Position numbers and translations under genes: made by a program
The notes under the pieces: model-generated
Database searches by the model: none
Told to the model about the DNA's origin: nothing
The model's input: only the letters and a program-made list of their open reading frames with translations
IMG/VR virus record: IMGVR_UViG_3300043029_000195
Location: 1-45,405 of that record
Reading direction: 5' to 3' (one strand)
Source of the DNA: a virus
Lineage: Duplodnaviria > Caudoviricetes
DNA length: 45,405 bases
Part shown: positions 27,899 to 35,712 of the stretch, one piece after another
Layout: every line of letters begins with the position of its first letter
Position numbering within the stretch: the stretch's first letter is position 1

Positions 27899-28116
27899 GT
27901 AATTAAGTCTGTAATTATCTCTGTAATTAAGGGGTTAAAAACTCTTACGCGCGTATACCAGCGTAATTAGGTCATTATTGTTATTAATTACTTACTTCTT
28001 ACTCTATTGATTATTCTTAATTACATAATTACAAATGACCTTTAACCCCTTGTGATTACAGGTTTTTCGGCTGTAATTAAAATTTGTAATTATCTTTTTC
28101 TTGTTACACTGATTAC
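27899..28116. repeat. AT-rich GTAATTA iteron cluster, putative replication origin
   Basis: Six GTAATTA and three TAATTAC copies plus TGATTAC variants and nested inverted repeats, directly downstream of the primase-helicase. Confidence 0.7.
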
Positions 28117-30593
28117 AAATTTTTGTCATCTGCTCCTTGCTCTTTTGTAATTGAACCTTCACCTTCATTACTCACCCGGCAGAAGGTCTTTTGATTTCCG
28201 TATAGCGGAAACCTCGTTTGACCTTGCTTATTCCCGGTATAACTTTCCCAGCCACCGATTCGCATGAGCACTCCAATAATCTCATAGGAATCTTGACGTC
28301 TTAAGTTGGTCTTGTCCTTTCCGAGACACTCACACCAAATCTCATGAACGCAGACCTTATTTCTTCTAATCGTTCCTACCGGCACCTCCGATCCAAACTC
28401 ACTCTGTCCTGCCAGGAAGCTTCGTCTTTCATATAGGTCCATGCTGTCCCAGTTTTCAGGTACTAAAGTCTCGAGATAATCTCCGATGAGCCCTTCTCTG
28501 TCGTCTGCTTCCATGGCATCTCTCTGTTCTTCAAGGGCCATCAGTTCTTCATCGCCTTTAAGCAATAAGGCTTCACCATCTTTATATCTAGCAAGGGCTT
28601 CCGCCCAAATCTGCTCCACATCTTCCATTTCCCAAACACTCTTTTTGCCACCACTAACCCTCACTGGCCAGAACCTTCTGTTCCCAGTGATATCTCTAAG
28701 AAAACCACTGATGTTGTTGGTGCTTCCTACAATGATGCACTGCCTTGGATGATTCTCTACATTGACTCCATAGCTTTGGCGGAACTTATCATCTGTTCTG
28801 GTGATAAAAGACTTCACCGTCTCAACATCGATCTTTCGAAGGCCCGCAAGCTCCCCTAGTTCCAAAATCCAGTACCCTTGAAGCTTTTCTGCACCAGCTT
28901 TGTCCCGCATGTCCGATACGGTTAAGCTATCTGAAAACCATGCACCGCCAAGCTTGGCAAAGAAGGTGGACTTCCCGATGCCTTGTGGACCATTGAGAAC
29001 TAAAATGTAATCAAACTTGATCCCTGGTTCATAGATTCTGGCGACAGCTGCAACTAATGTCTTACGCATCACTGCTCTTGTGTACTTGTTATCTTCTGCT
29101 CCTAGATAGTCGATAAGAAGCCTATCCACTCTCACGGTTCCGTCCCAAACAGGAAGTCCTTCCAGATAATCTCTAACCGGATGGAACACCCGCTCCGATG
29201 CAGCTGTGATAAGTGCATCTTTAACTTTCGCAGGTGACCAAATGCCATAGTGCCTATCGAGATACATCTTAAGATTTGAATGATCTGAATCATTCCACCC
29301 GTCTTTCACTTGCTCCCATGGAAGGAGTCCATTTACATCCATGAGGTGTTTCATCTGGTTATAGGCGATGCCCTTAAGTCTTGGGTCATTTCTAATGATT
29401 GTCAGGATGTTAGTCGGTGTATCTTTTACCGTTCCGTTTTTATTAAGTTCTAGTTGTAGTTGCCACGTGAGGTCGTCATCCTCTTCAGTCTCTTCATGAA
29501 TAGATTCATTTGCTTCAGTAGGCTCAAACTCATCATTATCGAACTTTTCAAATTCCTCTTTTATGTCTTCTTCTCGCTCTTTGGCCAGCTGTCTTTTTAC
29601 CTTTTCATCTTCAGAACAATGCTCAAGCATTGCCTTAACAGATGGGAGCTGCTTCTTTTCGTCTGCCCCTTCATCCAGTTCACCAAAGAGGTGGATCCTC
29701 ACAAGGTCAAAGGCATTACAGAGATGTCCGCAAGCTGGATCCGTAGCATGGTGGGAATAAGCGTATTTACCGCTATAGATCACAACACCCGCTGTAGAAT
29801 CCGCCGGGATATAGTCATAACGCTCAGGCATTATACTTGGCTGATAGATATCTGAAAGAAACGTCTCGATGGCTTGTTCAATGGTGTAGGTCCTACAGAA
29901 AGCGCCGATCAGTCCTTCTTTTCTAATGGGATCTGCCTGCTTTTTCATCAGCCTATCTAACAGCTTTGTTTGTCTTGATGACACCGGCCAAGATGATGAG
30001 TCCTGCCAGTTGTCGTAAAGTTTCAGGATGCTGTCAGGGTTTAAGAAGCTCCCTTTGATTTCCCTAAAGAAATACTCTCCATCACTGGATGTGCTTGGCC
30101 AGTACATGAGCCGGTTTGGCTCATAGGTGGTATCATCGAAAAGCTCAACCCCGATTTCTTTTGCAATCCTTCTGCTGACAGCTTGATACTCATCTGCAGT
30201 CACTGTCCTCGATAATGGAATAATCAACCTGAGTCTTGGTTTCTCCGGTGTATGTTTATGGGTGGAATAGATCACTGCTGCATAGCCATAGAGCATCTCC
30301 ATGTTCTCAGCTATGGCCACCGCATCATCTGCATGGTCCATATCAAGACTTAGCATGGACCGATTGATGACACTGGCTTTGGTCCTTCTTCCGTCTTTAA
30401 GCTGGCCGGCTACAAAGCCACCCACATCTTTCACATTATCCTGCTGGTACTTCTTCATCTTGCGATACTCTTCCTGAGTCTCACTGGTGACGGTAGTTTG
30501 GGAGAGCCTCTGTGCAAACCCCTCCCAGGACACCGTCTGCTGTTTCCAAACTTTATCTTTACGGCTGTTGCCTGTTGAAATAATAAATTTCAT
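28113..30593 (-). CDS. Primase-helicase (N-terminal primase-like domain, C-terminal VapE ATPase)
   Basis: LDMD...YSTHKH...RLRLIIPL; GPQGIGKST Walker A; DITGNRRFWP. Confidence 0.92.
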   Translation of the reverse strand: MKFIISTGNSRKDKVWKQQTVSWEGFAQRLSQTTVTSETQEEYRKMKKYQQDNVKDVGGFVAGQLKDGRRTKASVINRSMLSLDMDHADDAVAIAENMEMLYGYAAVIYSTHKHTPEKPRLRLIIPLSRTVTADEYQAVSRRIAKEIGVELFDDTTYEPNRLMYWPSTSSDGEYFFREIKGSFLNPDSILKLYDNWQDSSSWPVSSRQTKLLDRLMKKQADPIRKEGLIGAFCRTYTIEQAIETFLSDIYQPSIMPERYDYIPADSTAGVVIYSGKYAYSHHATDPACGHLCNAFDLVRIHLFGELDEGADEKKQLPSVKAMLEHCSEDEKVKRQLAKEREEDIKEEFEKFDNDEFEPTEANESIHEETEEDDDLTWQLQLELNKNGTVKDTPTNILTIIRNDPRLKGIAYNQMKHLMDVNGLLPWEQVKDGWNDSDHSNLKMYLDRHYGIWSPAKVKDALITAASERVFHPVRDYLEGLPVWDGTVRVDRLLIDYLGAEDNKYTRAVMRKTLVAAVARIYEPGIKFDYILVLNGPQGIGKSTFFAKLGGAWFSDSLTVSDMRDKAGAEKLQGYWILELGELAGLRKIDVETVKSFITRTDDKFRQSYGVNVENHPRQCIIVGSTNNISGFLRDITGNRRFWPVRVSGGKKSVWEMEDVEQIWAEALARYKDGEALLLKGDEELMALEEQRDAMEADDREGLIGDYLETLVPENWDSMDLYERRSFLAGQSEFGSEVPVGTIRRNKVCVHEIWCECLGKDKTNLRRQDSYEIIGVLMRIGGWESYTGNKQGQTRFPLYGNQKTFCRVSNEGEGSITKEQGADDKNL

Positions 30594-30611
30594 GGCGTCC
30601 TCCTTCTATTG

Positions 30612-30926
30612 CTAGTGTTTTTTGATTAAAACAAGATCATAATCATCGCAGCTATAAACCACTTCTGCTTGTACTTGTAGTCTGCTATCCTCGTTAGATA
30701 GAATCTTGTCTGTTGGTTGAGGTGAATCATTTTCTGAAAGACCAAGGAGGTAATCAACGGACTTGTTTAATGTTTTTGACAAGTGGACCATTGCCTCAAA
30801 TTTTGGCTCTCTTTTTCCGGTTTCCCACATGCCGATGGTCCCATTTGAAACTTTAAGGGTTTTCGCCAATTCAACTTGTGTTAGTCTCGTTTCTTTTCGA
30901 GAAGCCTTTAATCTTTCAGAAAACAT
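30612..30926 (-). CDS. XRE-family HTH protein, copy 2
   Basis: LTQVELA..LKVS.GTIGMWETGKREP, DYLLG. Confidence 0.9.
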   Translation of the reverse strand: MFSERLKASRKETRLTQVELAKTLKVSNGTIGMWETGKREPKFEAMVHLSKTLNKSVDYLLGLSENDSPQPTDKILSNEDSRLQVQAEVVYSCDDYDLVLIKKH

Positions 30927-30935
30927 GGTAACCTC

Positions 30936-30998
30936 CTACTCTATACAATCCTGGCAAATATCCAACCATTCACCATCAACTCTTTTACTCTTCCATCC
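30936..30998 (-). pseudogene. 3' remnant of the duplicated Zn-finger ORF
   Basis: Encodes GWKSKRVDGEWLDICQDCIE* with no convincing start. Confidence 0.7.
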
Positions 30999-31011
30999 AC
31001 CATCTTTTTTC

Positions 31012-31347
31012 TTATTTATCTCTAAGCCTTTTCTTTCTCTTTTTAATTAGTACAATGTCAAAGTCATCACAGCTATAAATCACTTCTTCATGCTTTAGAT
31101 TCTTTGTTTTATCTAATAAAGGCTGTACCTCTTTTTTTACCTTTGGTAGTTCGTCAGTAAAGCCCAGCAAATAATCAGTTGGAGCATTAAAAATTCTTGA
31201 TAATCCTAAAAGCGACTCCCGTGAAGGATTCCTTTTCCCCATTTCCCACATAGCCACAGTGCCGCTTGAAAGTTTGAGGATTTGGGCAAGTTCCTTTTGA
31301 GTTAATCCCGCTTCTTTTCGAACTTTTTTTACTCTTTCAGAAATCAT
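31012..31347 (-). CDS. XRE-family HTH protein, copy 1
   Basis: LTQKELA..LKLSSGTVAMWEMGKRNP, DYLLG. Confidence 0.9.
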   Translation of the reverse strand: MISERVKKVRKEAGLTQKELAQILKLSSGTVAMWEMGKRNPSRESLLGLSRIFNAPTDYLLGFTDELPKVKKEVQPLLDKTKNLKHEEVIYSCDDFDIVLIKKRKKRLRDK

Positions 31348-31356
31348 GGTAACCTC

Positions 31357-31530
31357 CTACTCTATACAATCTGGACAAATATCTAACCATTCACCATCAA
31401 CTCTTTTACTCTTCCATCCGATGTCATCCCTGGCGTCTATAGCATCCTGAAAGCTATCAAAATCTTGATCAGTTCCTACTCCGCATATGTCACAAATCAA
31501 AGTGTAATTCCTGTACTCTTTTGAAATCAT
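31357..31530 (-). CDS. 57-aa CxxC...CxxC Zn-finger-like protein (not in ORF track)
   Basis: RBS GAGGT; MISKEYRNYTLICDICGVGTDQDFDSFQDAIDARDDIGWKSKRVDGEWLDICPDCIE*. Confidence 0.8.
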   Translation of the reverse strand: MISKEYRNYTLICDICGVGTDQDFDSFQDAIDARDDIGWKSKRVDGEWLDICPDCIE

Positions 31531-31573
31531 CTATCTTACCTCACTTTCTTCTAAAACTGCTTTCTATTAATCC

Positions 31574-31662
31574 TTCTGATATTATCATCAGGTTTACATT
31601 ATCCTCAACAAATACAAAATTCTTTGAAATTCCAAATGTTTTTCTGCAAATGTTGAGGATAA
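31574..31662. repeat. RIT left end: terminal IR with two TTATC(C/A)TCA boxes and one inverted box
   Basis: ttctgatattatcatcaggtttacattatcctcaac, then gttgaggataa at 31652..31662. Confidence 0.85.
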
Positions 31663-31667
31663 AAAAT

Positions 31668-32693
31668 CTATTTCAATCCACAGAGACGAGCCAGTTCTTC
31701 TTCATCACTTTCCCACAAAGGTTGTTCTGTAGCATCAGCTGGCATATTAACCTTATTCAATGCCTCGCGCATTTGATCGAGGGATGGGATTGCGTAAATT
31801 TTGGTAGTTTCAACACTGGAATGTCCAAGAATTTTTGAAATCATAATTGAATCCACACCATCTTGATACAAATGTGTAGCACGTTCTGCACGAAGCAAAT
31901 GAGGATAAACCCTGTCAGGCATGTCTGGGCAGGAGTTTCTTGCAGCATCTGCATATTTCTGGACAATGCGTTCAACTGTACCAGTAGAAATTCTACCAGT
32001 GTTACCTTTAATAATTGTGTAAAACAATACATGGTCTGGGTCTTTGGTATCTGAATGGTAAATTGATTTATACAGCTTTAGATGTTCTGCTGTCTTTTCT
32101 GTTATAGCCACAGATCGTTCCTTATTGCCTTTGCCATGTACATGTATGGATAAAGTGTCAAGATTTACATCGTTGATATGAAGCCCTGTCAGTTCACTGA
32201 CCCTGATTGCAGAATCATAGAGAAGAATCATGATTGTGCGATCACGAATACCGATTTTTGTATTCTTAGGTTCTGAAAATAGAGCATTTAAGGCTTCTTT
32301 AGAGAGAAGAATCTTTTCCCTCTTTGGAACCCTCATGCTAGGAACTTTTGATACCTGCAAAGCAATAGATTGTAATGACACATCGTTATCAGATGCATAC
32401 TGCACATAATTCTTTATCGCTGCCAGCCGTACATTACAGGTGGCCGGAGAATTTCCATGTTCTTTCAAGTAGGCACAATATTCTAGAAGCAACTCACGAG
32501 TACAGTCAGTAAAAGTTAGTTTTGAAATAGAAATATTCTTTACTTTGAATAAATATTTTCTAAACGCAGACAGAGAATCTTTATAGGAACGTATAGTTTC
32601 TGGACTACGCCCCAACTGCTTGGGAAGATAATTCTCGAGATATTGCAGGGTCATTGAGAAGAAAATTTTTGTATCAGTTATCTTTTTTTTCAT
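31668..32693 (-). CDS. Tyrosine recombinase (RitC-like)
   Basis: AIRVSE, HGKGNKER, HLLR, LGH, Y. Confidence 0.93.
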   Translation of the reverse strand: MKKKITDTKIFFSMTLQYLENYLPKQLGRSPETIRSYKDSLSAFRKYLFKVKNISISKLTFTDCTRELLLEYCAYLKEHGNSPATCNVRLAAIKNYVQYASDNDVSLQSIALQVSKVPSMRVPKREKILLSKEALNALFSEPKNTKIGIRDRTIMILLYDSAIRVSELTGLHINDVNLDTLSIHVHGKGNKERSVAITEKTAEHLKLYKSIYHSDTKDPDHVLFYTIIKGNTGRISTGTVERIVQKYADAARNSCPDMPDRVYPHLLRAERATHLYQDGVDSIMISKILGHSSVETTKIYAIPSLDQMREALNKVNMPADATEQPLWESDEEELARLCGLK

Positions 32694-33663
32694 TGAAGTT
32701 CACCTCCGGAATTACTAAGCCTGATGTTTTATCTTTGGCATGAATGATTTTGAAACTTTCAGCTACCTGATGATAGTAATAAAGAGATTCCTGGATGTTG
32801 GCATGTCCTAAAAACTTACTAAGGTATGGAAGCTTTGTCTCAATATTTTCACCATCCTCCATCCAGCTATTTAGACGGTCAACAACAAATGTATGTCGAA
32901 ATGACTTGATTGATGGAGGATTGCTATTTCTGGAGTAAGGTGTATCAGTCCATGCTCTTAAAAAGTAGTCTCTTACTGAAACATCGCTCAGATGATTATC
33001 TTCCTTTGTTCCAGGAAAAACCCAATTTGTGTCAGGACGTTCGTTCTGGATATAAGCACGATATTTTTTTAGCATGTCGATGATGTCATCAGTAAGCCAC
33101 AGAATACGATCCTTGTCACCTTTGGATTGAAGGATGCGAAGAGTTCCTGCTTGTAAATCAAGGCACTCCCATATGAGCTGTAAAGGCTCATTAAGACGCA
33201 TCCCGCAGCAGTAGTAAAGCCTAAAAAGGACTTTGCATTCATTGAGAAGCCTCACTCCATAGGATTGCCTAACAGGTTCAAGATTGTCAAGATTTTCAAA
33301 GAATGCCAGCAACTCATCACCAGTAAAAACGTGTGCTTCAGATATTTCTTTAGATTGAAATAACTTTGGAATATATGCGTCTGTTCCAAGCGAAATCAGG
33401 TATTTTGAAAGCTGGCGAAGTACGCTCACTCTTATGTTTCTGGCATTCAATCCTTCGGTAGAACGCTGCATGGACCATGCATCTGCAAGTTTTTTCGTAA
33501 CTGTGGAGGATGTAAAATCATGCTTAAGGCAAAAATTGTCAAGTTCCTTCAATACATTTTCAGTTGATGCATATGAGTAGCCACATGCACGTTTTTCGTC
33601 GATCAGGCCCTTGATGACCGGAGCCAAAGTGCTATAAAAGTCATAGTTGCGTTGTATTTTCAT
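32674..33663 (-). CDS. Tyrosine recombinase (RitB-like)
   Basis: GMRLNE, SKGDKDR, KSFRHTF, LPYLSKFLGH, YY. Confidence 0.92.
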   Translation of the reverse strand: MKIQRNYDFYSTLAPVIKGLIDEKRACGYSYASTENVLKELDNFCLKHDFTSSTVTKKLADAWSMQRSTEGLNARNIRVSVLRQLSKYLISLGTDAYIPKLFQSKEISEAHVFTGDELLAFFENLDNLEPVRQSYGVRLLNECKVLFRLYYCCGMRLNEPLQLIWECLDLQAGTLRILQSKGDKDRILWLTDDIIDMLKKYRAYIQNERPDTNWVFPGTKEDNHLSDVSVRDYFLRAWTDTPYSRNSNPPSIKSFRHTFVVDRLNSWMEDGENIETKLPYLSKFLGHANIQESLYYYHQVAESFKIIHAKDKTSGLVIPEVNFNEKKDN

Positions 33664-33664
33664 C

Positions 33665-35551
33665 CTATTTCACCGTCCTTTTAAGGGGAAGACAGCATGA
33701 TCGAATACCTTCTTCATCGACTGAGAGATATCGGTTAACTGTATCAATAGTAGAGTGGCCAAGAGAATCCTTAATGGTGTCACTCCCGATGCCTGCTGAT
33801 AATAACCTCGTTGCAAATGTTCTTCTTAAGATATGGAAGGAATGCTTTTCACCATTGAAAACTCTTTCTATAGCAGTATTACAGGCTGAACGATTTGCAT
33901 TTCCATATGGTGCGCGCTGAGACAAGAAAATATAGTCTGAGTTACTATTGGGTCTTCCATATTTTAAGTATTGAAAGATGCTGTTTCCGACTGCTACAGG
34001 CATTGGAAGGATCAATGGACGGTATGTTTTCTGCTGGGTAATCGCTATTGTCTGATGCTTCCAGTCGATATTGGAAAAACGTAGATTAATTACATCAATT
34101 CCTCGTAGTCCCATGAGAAGTCCAATTATTAGCATTGCACTGTCACGCAATTCCAACGGTGTACGTGCATTGTTACGATACGTATAGATGTTTTGAATTT
34201 CATCATTTGAAAGAATTTCTACGATTTTACGAGATTGTCCACGTTGTGATGGAAATGATCTGACCAAATCCTGTTCTGTATATTTTTTCTCAAACAAATA
34301 TTGCAGGAACTGTCGAATTGAGTAAGCATAATTATTCTTTTTATTGGACGATTTTTGGGCTGTTGTAATGTTGTAAGCCTTAACAAGCTGTGGCGTAAGT
34401 TCTGAAATTGAAGTAAGTCCCTGGCTCTGCAAATAAAGCAAGAAAGAAATACTGGCAGACTTATGGCGGCTGATTGTATTGGCAGATAATCCGTCCTTTT
34501 CTTTTTCAGAAACAAACTCTTGAAGAAGATTTCTGCCCCAGACCGCTAGAGATGTTACTATTCCAGGTTGTGCAATAACCGGAGGAATACTCTGAAGAAA
34601 AGTATCCCCACACTCAATAAAGCTCTTTAGCACATGAAAGCAACGGTATCGCATTGGACCCACACGAAAATCACTTGAAAAGGAATCCATTGACTTCAGC
34701 CAGTAATCAGCAACGGCGGGGGTGTAGTCAAGATTCAATTCACTGGCAACGATATAAAACATTTGAAAATAAGCCAAGTAATTGCTTCTAAGAGCTTTAG
34801 GCTCGAAATGGTAGATTTCTTCAAGAGACTTAATAAGATCTTGACATCGCTCCAGAAAAGTTTCAGGTGATAACCGGAATTCGCTCACTTTGGCATTTGT
34901 TTCAGAAATGCTTGCGATAGAGATGTTTTTTAACGCAAATCCAGCTGCTTTAGCTTGTACAGGTGCAGTAAGTGCAAAAGGCCTATGTTTAGGAATAAAT
35001 CCTTGGTTAGCTAAAAATTGCAGAAAGTATCTGACAGAGTAGGTACAGATATATTTGTCACCTATAGAGTCTGCATATTCATGGTATTTGGAAATGACTG
35101 GAACTGTAATTCCTACAGGATCGTAAATATCATTGTTTACAAGGAAAGTTGCAAAGCTTGTACAGTGAATGATTTGGTCTCTGGTTGCTCGGTGCTTCAG
35201 TCGGGTTAAAAGATCTTCTTTATATTTAATCAGTATTGTCTGCCAGCTTTCTGGAAGACGGTCAAAAGAAGTTTCATAATACTTGTAATCACCAGTGATT
35301 TTTCCAAGAGTCATGACATCATTAAATTCATACACAGCACGTCTCATTCTAAAGAAAGTTTGCTTATCTCTGGACTCTATATTCAAGTTGAGCCAATGCA
35401 GGGCTTCATCATGACTATAGGAAATATTGTTTTGCTCAAGGTGTCGTCGCAGGGAATTAATTGCAGCCATCTTTCCGACGTTAATGACATGACCGTTATC
35501 AATCCAGCATTGTTTAATTAAGATAATACCTTCATCGTAAGTTAGTTTCAT
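33665..35551 (-). CDS. Tyrosine recombinase (RitA-like) with a long N-terminal extension
   Basis: GLRGIDV, QQKT, HILRRTFAT, LGH, RY. Confidence 0.92.
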   Translation of the reverse strand: MKLTYDEGIILIKQCWIDNGHVINVGKMAAINSLRRHLEQNNISYSHDEALHWLNLNIESRDKQTFFRMRRAVYEFNDVMTLGKITGDYKYYETSFDRLPESWQTILIKYKEDLLTRLKHRATRDQIIHCTSFATFLVNNDIYDPVGITVPVISKYHEYADSIGDKYICTYSVRYFLQFLANQGFIPKHRPFALTAPVQAKAAGFALKNISIASISETNAKVSEFRLSPETFLERCQDLIKSLEEIYHFEPKALRSNYLAYFQMFYIVASELNLDYTPAVADYWLKSMDSFSSDFRVGPMRYRCFHVLKSFIECGDTFLQSIPPVIAQPGIVTSLAVWGRNLLQEFVSEKEKDGLSANTISRHKSASISFLLYLQSQGLTSISELTPQLVKAYNITTAQKSSNKKNNYAYSIRQFLQYLFEKKYTEQDLVRSFPSQRGQSRKIVEILSNDEIQNIYTYRNNARTPLELRDSAMLIIGLLMGLRGIDVINLRFSNIDWKHQTIAITQQKTYRPLILPMPVAVGNSIFQYLKYGRPNSNSDYIFLSQRAPYGNANRSACNTAIERVFNGEKHSFHILRRTFATRLLSAGIGSDTIKDSLGHSTIDTVNRYLSVDEEGIRSCCLPLKRTVK

Positions 35552-35600
35552 AGTTTTTTCCTCCTGTTTTTATATTTTTGAGAAACACGTCTCAATAATA

Positions 35601-35712
35601 TTATCCTCAACTTTCTAGGAGGAAAAAGTGTAAATTAAAGATTTATGAAAAAGTTGAGGATAATGAAAACTTGAGGATAATATAAGAAATCATGAATTCA
35701 TGATTTCTGATA
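35601..35712. repeat. RIT right end: inverted box, terminal IR and 24-bp perfect palindrome
   Basis: ttatcctcaac 35601..35611; gttgaggataatgaaaacttgaggataatataagaa 35653..35688; AGAAATCATGAATTCATGATTTCT 35685..35708. Confidence 0.85.

Larger units (their letters stand above)
31574..35712 (-). mobile_element. RIT-type element (three tyrosine recombinases) inserted in the 3' end of the phage polymerase gene
   Basis: Three tandem integrases; 36-bp imperfect inverted repeats at 31574..31609 and 35653..35688; 8-bp direct repeat TTCTGATA at 31574..31581 and 35705..35712. Confidence 0.92.
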
